A stretch of DNA of 64,000 nucleotides, taken from the NCBI GenBank assembly GCA_934747265.1, contig CAKVGI010000001.1:5499-69498 (forward strand). The letters run 5' to 3'. The notes under the pieces are model-generated. The model made no database searches. It was not told the origin of the DNA and saw only the letters and a program-made list of their open reading frames with translations. Below are positions 52,804-62,301 of this stretch, piece after piece. The translations under genes were made by a program, and so were the position numbers. The stretch is from an uncultured Rickettsiales bacterium. GTDB lineage: Bacteria > Pseudomonadota > Alphaproteobacteria > Rickettsiales > UBA1997. Position 1 is the stretch's first letter. The number at the start of each line of letters is the position of its first letter.

Positions 52804-54486
52804 TAGATGATATAGATTGGAAAAATTTAACTCCATCTAAAATAAAAAATAATGAAGGAATAAAAAAGAAAATAATAGAACAAATACAAAATGAGGATAA
52901 ACATTTTGAGTTAAATAGCAATAATTTACTTTTAATTAAAGACTACTTGAATAAAATTGAGTTAAATAAACAATTAGAATTAAAAGAAGAGATTACAGAA
53001 GATGAGCTTAAAAAAACTTTGAATGGTCTAAATGAAAGATTACATAAAATAAAAACTTTAAAAGATACGGATAGAAGCTTATTTTTTAGTGCTATAATGA
53101 TAGCAATAAGAGAAAAACTTCTGATTTATGAGGTTGAAAAGCAAATATCTATTTATGAAGATAAAATTGCTGATTTGTCAAAAGAAAATAAAAAAGTAAA
53201 AAGTATAGAATATAATAAAGAAGCAATATATAAAATATTTCAAATTCAATTATTGATATAGTTGATAATTTGATAAAAAGTAAAATAAATACTGAATCAA
53301 AACAAAAATGGAGGGATCAATTTATATTTATTAGAAATTTAAATATTGATTTGTATGAGTATAGAGATATTATATATTTGATAAGTGAAAAAAAATATAT
53401 AAAACATTTAAAGTAGGGCAAAAACAAGATATATTAGGTAAGGCTTACAAGATATTTTTGTCAAGAGCTGGTAAGGTTGATAATAAAAATATTATTTTGA
53501 CGCCAGATCATATAAAACATCTTATGGTTGAATTAGCGGATTTAAACGTTGATGATGTTGTGTTAGATACTTGTATGGGAACTGGTGGCTTTTTGATGGA
53601 GGCCATGGAAAAAATGGAATCCCTTGATGGTATCAATGAAGCCAAAAAAGAAATTATACATAATCAGCAATTAATAGGAAGTGAGATTGATACAAAATTA
53701 TTTGTGTTGGCTTGTAGTAATATGTTTTTACATGGAGATGGTAGAAGTCAATTGTATGATAAGGATACTCTAAATGACGATGCAACTTTTAAAAATGGTG
53801 ATGGGTTCTTTAATTACATAAAATCCCTAAATCCAACAAAATGTATAATAAATCCACCATATGAGGGTAAAAATTGTTTTGATTTTACAAGTCAGGCGTT
53901 GGACTTTTTGGATATCGGCGGAAAATTAATTGTAATCATTAAAGAAAATACATTTCAAAAACCAAATAAAGATATAGAAAAATTGTTAAAAAATAATACT
54001 CTTGATTTTTATATAAAGATGCCTGCAAATTTATTCAGTGAACAAAATAGATCTGTTTCAACGGCAATTTTTGGTTGGACAAAAGGCATTCCACATAATC
54101 ATAATAAATATGTTAAATTTTATAATTTAAGTGATGATGGTTTTGAAAATATACCGCATAATGGTAGAATAGATACAAAAAATATTTGGAAAGATAAGGA
54201 AAAAGAAATTATAGAATATATTTTATATGATAAGGATATAAATGAGAAAAATGTTGCATATAAAGAAAAAATTTTTAATAATGACAATTTATTGCCAATA
54301 TATCATCATTTTATAGAAGATTTAGAACCAGTTTATATGAAAGATTTTGAAGACACAATTTTTGATTATTTTATATATGAGCAAGACCTTGCGGGGGGGG
54401 GGCAGCTTAATAAACTCATTAAAGAGATTGATAATAGAAATATCAAAAGATTTATAATTAAGGAGATGAAAAATGGAAAGAATTAA
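52767..54486 (+). pseudogene. Type I-like N6-adenine DNA methyltransferase (HsdM-like) split over three reading frames
   Basis: The catalytic part has DILGKAYKIFL, motif I DTCMGTGGFL and motif IV NPPY. Coding continuity runs frame 0 (to 53261), then frame 2 (53234-53416), then frame 1 (open from 53389). Confidence 0.7.
54393..54402 (+). repeat. Poly-G tract (G10) inside the 3' end of the methylase ORF
   Basis: Counted directly: GCGGGGGGGGGGCAG. Confidence 0.95.
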
Positions 54487-55027
54487 ATTAATTATAAATA
54501 AAATTAAGAATGACACAAAAACCGAATTACCAAAAGATGTTGAATGGAAAGAATTTTGTCTTAATGAGATTTTTTATATATATGGTAGTAAGACAACTAC
54601 AAAACAGAAGTTAGAAGAAATTGGAAGTGGCGATTATCCATATATAACCACACAAGCAACAAATAATGGATGTTTTGGTTGTTATAATTTTTGGACTGAA
54701 GACGGTAATTGTTTAACCATAGATAGTGCTGTTCTTGGTAGCTGTTTTTATCAAGAAAAAAATTTTACAGCTAGTGATCATGTGGAAATTTTGAGACCAA
54801 AATACAAAAATTTTAATAAAAATATTGGTCTTTTTATAAAAACTATAATTTCAAAAACTACAAAGAATATATATAATTATACAAATAAATTCAATCAAAC
54901 TAAAATTAAAAATACAAAAATTTTTCTTCCATCAAAAAACAATGAGCCAGATTGGGAATATATGGATAAATTTATTGAAAATGTACAAAAGGCGATGAAT
55001 CTTGATTTTTCTACACACACACCATAA
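54473..55027 (+). CDS. Type I restriction-modification specificity subunit, first target-recognition half
   Basis: TRD-like body ending in the conserved IFLPSKNNEPDWEYMDKFIENV. Overlaps the M stop by 14 nt. Confidence 0.68.
   Translation: MERIKLIINKIKNDTKTELPKDVEWKEFCLNEIFYIYGSKTTTKQKLEEIGSGDYPYITTQATNNGCFGCYNFWTEDGNCLTIDSAVLGSCFYQEKNFTASDHVEILRPKYKNFNKNIGLFIKTIISKTTKNIYNYTNKFNQTKIKNTKIFLPSKNNEPDWEYMDKFIENVQKAMNLDFSTHTP
55013..55022 (+). repeat. (AC)5 dinucleotide repeat at the junction of the two S halves
   Basis: ACACACACAC lies immediately before the TAA at 55025-55027. Confidence 0.95.
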
Positions 55028-55545
55028 GAACACTTATAAACAAAATTAGGAATAACATAAAAACTGAATTACCAAAATGTACTGAATGGCAGGAATTTAA
55101 AATTAGTTTCTTATTTAATGTAAAATCTACAAAAACAAGAGAATTAAATAAATATTGTGATGGTAATGTGCCATTTGTTTCTGGGACGTCTATAAATAAT
55201 GGTGTTGAAAGATTTGTAAAGTCAGATGAAATTTTAGAGAATGGTAATTGTATTACTGTTTCAAGTTTAAATTGCTCGGCTTTTTATCAAGATAAAGATT
55301 TTATAGGAAGGGGTCATGGTGTTGTTCAGAGATTATATAATAAACATCTAAATAAAAATAATGCTCTTTTTGTTTGTACTGTAATTAAAAAACTTGGAAA
55401 AAAATATAATTATAACAATCAATGTTTTATGAACACATTAAAGAATGAAAGCATATATCTTCCATCAAAAAACAATGAGCCAGATTGGGAATACATGAAT
55501 AAATTTATTGATGAAATAAAAAATAATTTAAGGATTATTATTTAA
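55027..55545 (+). CDS. Type I specificity subunit, second target-recognition half (no own start codon for its conserved N-terminal segment)
   Basis: Frame 1 is open from 55027. RTLINKIRNNIKTELPKCTEWQEF mirrors the start of the first half (LIINKIKNDTKTELPKDVEWKEF). It ends IYLPSKNNEPDWEYMNKFIDEI. The first possible start is GTG at 55168. Confidence 0.65.
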   Translation, partial: RTLINKIRNNIKTELPKCTEWQEFKISFLFNVKSTKTRELNKYCDGNVPFVSGTSINNGVERFVKSDEILENGNCITVSSLNCSAFYQDKDFIGRGHGVVQRLYNKHLNKNNALFVCTVIKKLGKKYNYNNQCFMNTLKNESIYLPSKNNEPDWEYMNKFIDEIKNNLRIII

Positions 55546-55807
55546 AGTTATGAAGTAAATTAATTGTAATAAAGAAAACTAATTTTTTATGGTGATTTCC
55601 AAAGGGCTATTGACTTGTATAATAACAACAAAACAAATAATAAATAGATAATAAAAAATCAGAAATAATCAAAAGAATAAAAACAAATAAATAAACTAAC
55701 TGGTGGTAATAAAGAAATAATTAAAAATAAATAAACAAAGAAAGAAGAAATAATAATCAAAGAAAATAACAACAGAAGTAATAATAATCCATCAACAGGC
55801 AACAAAA

Positions 55808-55885
55808 AAGTACTGGGCTCGGAGGCATATTATAATTGTAATCTATTTCCAAAAGGTCTTTTATTCAATTACAAACCCAGTACTT
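55808..55885. other. Long stem-loop in a gene-free 600-bp spacer
   Basis: Perfect 10-bp outer stem AAGTACTGGG / CCCAGTACTT, with an inner TTGTAAT / ATTACAA pairing. Confidence 0.4.
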
Positions 55886-56143
55886 CTTGTTAACAATTTT
55901 AATAACTGCTAACATACTTTAATATAATAATACTAATATTAATAGTCAAGTAGTTTTTACAAAGAATTATAGTTTACAATACAAAATTCTATTTATTTCT
56001 ATGTGTTTTACTAGAAATTAAAGGTTATCTTTATTCCATATTTTATTAAAGTTTGCTTTTAGGCACTAATTTTGTCAAATAAAGATATAATACTCAATGT
56101 TTTGTTTTCTGTTTTAATTAATTTAATATTAATTATGTGGTTA

Positions 56144-56830
56144 TTAATATCTTAATCCTAATCCAAATCTAGGATTTTGTTGCCATTTTGCTCTTTTTTT
56201 TATTTCATTGGTTTCAATAATGCTAATTTTATAGTTAAAATGTTTTAGTATTTTGCTTAAATTTTTAATTTGTCCGCTTCTTAAAGATAAATAAGTACCT
56301 AAAGCAAATAAAGCACAAACACCTTGTGCTTTATGTTGTTGAGCGGTTGTCGTAGAAAATTCACAATTATTTTCAATATTTGCATCAAAACATTTGTCAA
56401 AATAAGCTCTTTTATTGGTTAGGTACCAGCTATCATAAATTTTAATTTTATTATCATCATCTTTTTTTTCAACTAGAAATGTATGATTAAATATTTTTCC
56501 ATATTCATCATTATAATATTTTTTTCTGACTATAGCGTATTTTTTGTTTTTATTTGATGCAAAAATATTTTTTAAAAATTCTGTATTAATAGGTCCTTTA
56601 TTACTATCATGAATTACAAAAACACAATCTGTACTATCTCCTAACCATTCTCTAATTTTTTTATCACTAATTTTAGGATATCCTTTTGCCCAATTATCAA
56701 TTGGTTCATTATCTTTTTTAAAAGATTTTTCTTCAAAAAATTTTTTTACTTTAGTAATAACTATTTGTTCCCTATTAGGGATTGGATTATATTGCTTTTC
56801 CATAGGAATTGAAATATGTTTTGCCTTCAT
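56144..56830 (-). CDS. Putative CE-clan (Ulp1/C48-like) cysteine protease, a candidate secreted effector
   Basis: Ordered His-Asp-Gln-Cys pattern: FNHTFLV, KIKIYDSWY, AQQHKAQGVCALFA. Compare the Ulp1-type pattern HW.L..ID, I.YYDS, QQ.N..DCG.FA. Confidence 0.42.
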   Translation of the reverse strand: MKAKHISIPMEKQYNPIPNREQIVITKVKKFFEEKSFKKDNEPIDNWAKGYPKISDKKIREWLGDSTDCVFVIHDSNKGPINTEFLKNIFASNKNKKYAIVRKKYYNDEYGKIFNHTFLVEKKDDDNKIKIYDSWYLTNKRAYFDKCFDANIENNCEFSTTTAQQHKAQGVCALFALGTYLSLRSGQIKNLSKILKHFNYKISIIETNEIKKRAKWQQNPRFGLGLRY

Positions 56831-57220
56831 AGTATTTTATATTATTTTTACAATTAAGTTATAAATAATTTATGTTTTAAATTATAAAATAAATAATTCT
56901 ATATCTAAAATAAAACAGTATTAACATTATAATATATGTAATTAAAAATGCAAGCTATAACATTAATTTTGAAATGGAGCTTGTTAACCAACTGTTGCTC
57001 TTGATATTTTATTATAAAACAAACTTTATCAGTAAGTCATTCAATTGGAATGTTTAATATAAGTTATTATATGAATGTTTATATTTATTGTTTTTATTAT
57101 TTGATAAATTATATAGAGATATGATATATTAAAAATTGGTAATACATTATTAATTTCAAATAATTTTATTGACAAAATAACTTTATTGTCTAGTATTTTG
57201 ATGTTAAATTATTTAATTTT

Positions 57221-58114
57221 ATGAAAAAAATAATAAATACTATATTTGCTTTTTTTATAATATTTAATATTGCAGAAGCAAAAATGGAAGTTGATAAGGC
57301 TTTTATTAGAAGAACAGGAACAGTACAAAATAAGAAATTTTTAGCTTATAGTCCAGATATATATGATGGAAAAGAAATAAGAAATAAACAGGTATTAAAT
57401 AAATTTGGATGCAATGGAAAAAATATATCTCCTAAAATTATTTGGAAAAATGCGCCAGTAAATACTAAAAGTTTTGCTATAACAATGTATACCAAGGATG
57501 TAAATTCTGGCAGTGGATGGTGGCATTGGATCGTATATAATATACCAAATACTGTAAATGCAATACAATCTAACGCAAGTCAAAACAAGTCTTTATTGCC
57601 AAAAGGCGCTATTCAAGGGATAAATGATTATGGCGAAAAAAATTATGGCGGGGTTTGCGTTCCGAACAATAATAAGTACAATTATATAATAACAATTTAT
57701 GCCTTAGATGTAGATAAAATAAATTTACCAAAAAATTCAACGCCAGCTATGGTTGCTTTGAATTTAAATAATCATAAAATAGCAACAACACAAATTAAGT
57801 CATTTTATGTTGGTAAAGGTGAAAGTACATTGTTTAAACCAAACAAATCAACGACAAGTTATTTTATTAAAAATAATAATAGTAGTAAGAAGGTTAATAT
57901 TATATATAAACAAGATAATAGTAAAAAAACAGAAAAAGTCTTTAAATTTAAGAAGGAGAATAATAGTGCTTCAACAAAACAAAATTATAATTTTAGTAGT
58001 AATAAGAATGGTAATAATTTTGTTTTAAAAAAGGAAATTAAAACACAAAATAATTTTGTATTAAAAAATAAAACTGGAAAAATTAAAGAATATAATTTAA
58101 AATCTTATAAGTAG
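57221..58114 (+). CDS. YbhB/YbcL (PEBP/Raf-kinase-inhibitor-like) family protein with a signal peptide and an N/K-rich C-terminal tail
   Basis: GCNGKNISPKIIWKNAP, FAITMYTKD.....GWWHWIVYNIP, YIITIYALD. Confidence 0.8.
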   Translation: MKKIINTIFAFFIIFNIAEAKMEVDKAFIRRTGTVQNKKFLAYSPDIYDGKEIRNKQVLNKFGCNGKNISPKIIWKNAPVNTKSFAITMYTKDVNSGSGWWHWIVYNIPNTVNAIQSNASQNKSLLPKGAIQGINDYGEKNYGGVCVPNNNKYNYIITIYALDVDKINLPKNSTPAMVALNLNNHKIATTQIKSFYVGKGESTLFKPNKSTTSYFIKNNNSSKKVNIIYKQDNSKKTEKVFKFKKENNSASTKQNYNFSSNKNGNNFVLKKEIKTQNNFVLKNKTGKIKEYNLKSYK

Positions 58115-58122
58115 TTAATTAA

Positions 58123-58587
58123 ATGATAAAGATGAAGAATAGTAGCTTTGAAACTCTGATAGGCGTTTTGGTAATAATTGTGTCAATTTTGTTTTTGTAT
58201 TTAGCTTCAAAAGTATCTAATGGTAAACAAAATATTACAAACAACTATAAGGTATATGCCGTATTTGACAATATAGATGGAATCAATATTGGTAGTGATA
58301 TTAAGATTTCTGGTGTAAAAATTGGTTCTGTTGCAGATGTTCAACTAAATGATAATTATAAAGCAAAATTGTTATTAAAATTACCAAAAAATTTAAACAT
58401 TCCATCTGATAGTATTTTTAAAGTTTCAACAAGTGGCTTGATTGGAAGTAAATTTATCAATATTAAAATTGGTGGAGATGAAGAACTTTTAAAAGATGGG
58501 GATGTTGCGGATTTTACGGAATCCTCAATGGACTTGGAGGATTTAATTTCAAGGTTTATTTTTAATAAAGAAAATAAAAATGATTAG
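58123..58587 (+). CDS. mlaD: Outer-membrane lipid asymmetry protein MlaD (single MCE domain)
   Basis: N-terminal anchor ETLIGVLVIIVSILFL and MCE motif GINIGSDIKISGVKIGSV. Confidence 0.8.
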   Translation: MIKMKNSSFETLIGVLVIIVSILFLYLASKVSNGKQNITNNYKVYAVFDNIDGINIGSDIKISGVKIGSVADVQLNDNYKAKLLLKLPKNLNIPSDSIFKVSTSGLIGSKFINIKIGGDEELLKDGDVADFTESSMDLEDLISRFIFNKENKND

Positions 58588-59074
58588 TGAAAATATTGCA
58601 AAAAGATTATATATTTTTCTTATTTTATTAGTTGTAGGCAGTACAACTTACGCTGAAATAATTACAGAAAATAATAATCAAAATATCCCTTTATCAGAAG
58701 AAAATAAAGAAGAGAATAAAGAGGTTGAGGATATTAAAATTAAAGACACAAAAGAAATTAATAAGACAAACACAATAAAAATACAAGCTCTAAATAAAAT
58801 TACAGCAAAAAGTTATGAATATAAAATTAAAATTGGAGATTCTATTGAATTTGAGAGGTTAATAATTACTCCGTTGTTTTGCTGGAAATCGGCGCCATCG
58901 GATATTCCAGAAAATAAGGCATTATTAAAAATATCTGAAAATCAACTAAACAAGGAACAAAAAGAAATTTTTTATGGTTGGATGTTTTCGTCTGCTCCAA
59001 GTATATCATCATTAGAACATCCTATGTATGATATAAAAGTTGTTGATTGTTTAAAAATACAGGACGAGAAATAG
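58580..59074 (+). CDS. DUF2155 domain protein
   Basis: IQALNKITAKSYEYKIKIGDSIEFERLIITPLFCWKS.P......ALLKI. Typical alphaproteobacterial DUF2155 next to mlaD. Confidence 0.7.
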   Translation: MISENIAKRLYIFLILLVVGSTTYAEIITENNNQNIPLSEENKEENKEVEDIKIKDTKEINKTNTIKIQALNKITAKSYEYKIKIGDSIEFERLIITPLFCWKSAPSDIPENKALLKISENQLNKEQKEIFYGWMFSSAPSISSLEHPMYDIKVVDCLKIQDEK

Positions 59075-59079
59075 TATAT

Positions 59080-59620
59080 TGCTTTAAAGCTGACGTGAAG
59101 TACCTCCTACTTATTGCCACCACTTCATAAGTGGGTTGATGGCATTTATTTGTTTTATTATAAAACAAATGAATAATTGAAAATTGAAAATAAAATATAA
59201 AGTCGGATATTTGAATTTAAGATTTAAAATTAAGAATTAAGAATTAAGAATAATACTATATATTAAACAGTAATTATTATTATATAAAGTATATAATTAA
59301 TAATTTTATAAGAATTATAAAATAATACATTAATATAAAAAACAAAGCTTAAATATAATCAAAGTATTTTAAACCCCCCTTGCCCCCCTTATCAGGGGGG
59401 AATGGAGAGTATCCTTATCGTGGGGAGGAGACCTTATCATTGGAGGATAAGGAACTTATCAGGGGGAGAGTATTCTTGTTATGTGAGATAGAGGAGTATC
59501 TCTTAACAAAGGGGATAGATAGAATATCCTTTTACTAGGGGAATAAAAGGGTATCCACTTAGCGGGAGGATAGGAAGTAGTACCTTCCTAGCAGAGGGGA
59601 CGAAAGAGAACTTAGCATAA
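59080..59620 (+). repeat. Type-1 mosaic intergenic element, copy F (left array almost absent)
   Basis: Core 59141-59372. Right array of about 10 decaying CCTTATCAGGGG units at 59373-59620. Confidence 0.85.
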
Positions 59621-59746
59621 TTATGTTAAAATATAGCAATTAAGCAATATATAAAAAATTAATAATATCCAAATAATAATACAAATTTTTGTTTACTTAC
59701 AAAAAAAATCTTTTATTTTATAATTACATTTAATTTATTTTTAGCA

Positions 59747-60841
59747 TTGAAACTTTATAAAACATATTTAATTAAAAATTTATTCAAACCATTAATGATA
59801 TCTTTACTTACTTTGACTGGTATAATATGGAGTAGTAGGGTTGTAAAATTTATGGATTATATAGTGCAAGATGGGGCTGAGTTTTTGAGCTTTTTTGAAC
59901 TTACACTTTTGGTTTTACCATCGTTAATGATGATGATATTACCGCTAGCTGTATTTTTGACTGCTATCTTGACTTATGATAAATTAATTGAGAATAGAGA
60001 AATCATTATTTTAAAAAATTGCGGAATAAAAAAAATACAATTGTTAATGCCTTTAATTATGTTATCTCTTGTAATTGTTGCTTTTTCTTATTTTATTAGT
60101 TTATATGGCGGTTATAAATCAAATTTAAAAATTAGGGAAATAAGACAAAATATTCAAAATAATTTATCTTTTTCTATGATAAAGGAAGGAAGTTTTATAA
60201 AATTTAAAGATATTGTTATTTATGCCGATAAAAAAGAAGACAATAAAGCTTATAATATTATTATTTACAATAGCGCTAATACAAAAAATGATAATAAAAA
60301 TATATTAGTGCAAGCAAAATCAGCTGAGATTAATAATAATATTATTACGTTGTTTGATGGTAATTTTCAAAGATTTAATGATAAAATAGATAATAATCCA
60401 GAAATTTTATTTTTTAAAGAATATAATGTAAATTTTGATGACTTGATGAACGGAAATACGTCGTCAACTATCAAACGAGTTGATAGTTCGTCTATTGTAA
60501 AATTGATAGATATATTGCGTAATTATGATAAATATGCTGTTGATTTTCCAAATAAAAACAAAGTTATATATGAATTAAATTATAGATTAACATTTCCGCT
60601 AATTTCAGTTTTAATGGCTTTATTGTCTGGTTCTCTGGTTTTAAGAGGTGCATTTAATAGAATTAGTAATTACAAGAATATAATGATTACTTCGATAATT
60701 TCTGTTTTAGTTTATATTATATTTTTGTCATTATATCAAAAAATTTCTAGTAATATAATTTATGTTTATATATTATATTCATTTATGTTTTTGATTCTTA
60801 TAGTATCTGGTTTTTTAATAAGAGAAAAGAAAAAAATATGA
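59747..60841 (+). CDS. lptF: LPS export ABC permease, LptF/LptG (YjgP/YjgQ) family
   Basis: YjgP/YjgQ topology and the N-terminus LYKTYLIKNLFKPLMISLL. First of a translationally coupled pair (ATGA overlap). Confidence 0.75.
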   Translation: MKLYKTYLIKNLFKPLMISLLTLTGIIWSSRVVKFMDYIVQDGAEFLSFFELTLLVLPSLMMMILPLAVFLTAILTYDKLIENREIIILKNCGIKKIQLLMPLIMLSLVIVAFSYFISLYGGYKSNLKIREIRQNIQNNLSFSMIKEGSFIKFKDIVIYADKKEDNKAYNIIIYNSANTKNDNKNILVQAKSAEINNNIITLFDGNFQRFNDKIDNNPEILFFKEYNVNFDDLMNGNTSSTIKRVDSSSIVKLIDILRNYDKYAVDFPNKNKVIYELNYRLTFPLISVLMALLSGSLVLRGAFNRISNYKNIMITSIISVLVYIIFLSLYQKISSNIIYVYILYSFMFLILIVSGFLIREKKKI

Positions 60842-61989
60842 TAAGTAGTAATAGAATACTTTCTGTATATATAACAAAGAATATTTTTAAAATATTTTTG
60901 ATAATGTTTATTGGATTATTTTTGTTATTTTTTGCTGTTGATTTTTTTGAAACAACAAAAGATATAAATAAAGATATGCAAGATGCATTAAAAATATCAA
61001 CTTTGATAGTATTATACAGAACGCCAAGTTTATTAGAAACAATATTACATTTTATAATTTTATTATCTGGATTATTTGTTTTTTTTAAATTATCCAATAA
61101 TAGTGAAATAGTTGTTATGAGAAGTAGTGGAAAATCAATATTTCAAATAATAAAATTTCCGATGTTTATGATTTTTTTATTTGGTGTATTTGTTATTACC
61201 ATATTTAACCCAATTTCTTCAACATTAAATACAAAATCAGAAAAATTAAAAAATATATATTTTAGAAATGAAAAAGAGGATTTATTAGAGTTAGAAAATG
61301 GTATTTGGTTTAAACAAAAAAATCTTAAAGATAATGGAACAATAGTAATAAAAGCTTCAAAAGTTTATAAAGATATTTTATTATTTAGTAATGTAATTTT
61401 AATATATATAGATGAAAATAACAATTTTGTGAAAAGAATTAATTCGCAAAATATTAAATTGAACAATAATGAATGGATATCGGCGGATAATTATATTATA
61501 CAAGAAGGAAAAAATACAGAATTTATAAAATTATTAAAAATACCAACAAACTTAACACAAAAATTTGTATCAAAAACAATTCAGAATGACTATGAATCCT
61601 TATATAATATTTCTTTCTGGAAATTAAGAAGTTCTATAAAAGATTTGAAAGAATCTGGATTTAATACATTAAAGTTTGAAGTTAGATATTATTATTTAAT
61701 GACTGTTCCATTTTTGTTCGCTATAATGATTTTTATCTCTGCTTATTTTGGTATTGTAAGCACAAGAAGTAATAAAAAATATCTTTCCATAATAAAAGGC
61801 ATTGCTGTTGGTTTTATTATTTTTATAAGTCATAATGTAATAGTTGAATTAACTAATGCACAAAGATTAACTATATTTGATGGTTCTGTATTAATTGTAT
61901 TGGTATATATAATACTATCAATATTATTGTTATTAAAAAAAGATTTGTTAAGTAATTTTAATGCTAATATTTTTAAAAAAAATTTATAA
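60838..61989 (+). CDS. lptG: LPS export ABC permease, LptF/LptG family
   Basis: Second YjgP/YjgQ paralogue, overlapping lptF by 4 nt. Confidence 0.75.
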   Translation: MISSNRILSVYITKNIFKIFLIMFIGLFLLFFAVDFFETTKDINKDMQDALKISTLIVLYRTPSLLETILHFIILLSGLFVFFKLSNNSEIVVMRSSGKSIFQIIKFPMFMIFLFGVFVITIFNPISSTLNTKSEKLKNIYFRNEKEDLLELENGIWFKQKNLKDNGTIVIKASKVYKDILLFSNVILIYIDENNNFVKRINSQNIKLNNNEWISADNYIIQEGKNTEFIKLLKIPTNLTQKFVSKTIQNDYESLYNISFWKLRSSIKDLKESGFNTLKFEVRYYYLMTVPFLFAIMIFISAYFGIVSTRSNKKYLSIIKGIAVGFIIFISHNVIVELTNAQRLTIFDGSVLIVLVYIILSILLLLKKDLLSNFNANIFKKNL

Positions 61990-62236
61990 TTTTATACATA
62001 GAATTATTGAATTGTTTCTGCTGTCATTAATTAAAATATACAAAGTATGTATCTCTCCATTTCTAGTACATAGTTGTAATTTTAGACCAACTTGCTCTGA
62101 ATATATGTTTGAAGCTATAAAAGTGCATGGGATTTTAAAGGGTCTTTATTTAGGAACAAAAAGATTATTAAAATGTACACCAAATAGAGAATTTACATAC
62201 GATCCGGTACCACCGAAAAAAAATAAAAATGATTAA
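61961..62236 (+). CDS. yidD: Membrane protein insertion efficiency factor YidD
   Basis: LIKIYKVCISPFL....CNFRPTCSEYMFEAIKVHG. The start is uncertain because the ORF overlaps lptG. Confidence 0.85.
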   Translation: MLIFLKKIYNFIHRIIELFLLSLIKIYKVCISPFLVHSCNFRPTCSEYMFEAIKVHGILKGLYLGTKRLLKCTPNREFTYDPVPPKKNKND

Positions 62237-62266
62237 AACTGTAAATATTTATAAAGATAATAAATT

Positions 62267-62293
62267 TTACCTCTCTTATTATAAGAGAGGTAA
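62267..62293. terminator. Bidirectional terminator hairpin between convergent genes
   Basis: TTACCTCTCTTAT / ATAAGAGAGGTAA perfect 13-bp stem flanked by A/T runs. Confidence 0.55.
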
Positions 62294-62301
62294 AGTAAAA
62301 A

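Noticed and set aside
54403-54473. G10 slippage creating an M-S fusion protein
   Set aside because: I translated both alternative frames. Both hit stop codons (54408-54410 and 54455-54457) before the S start at 54473.
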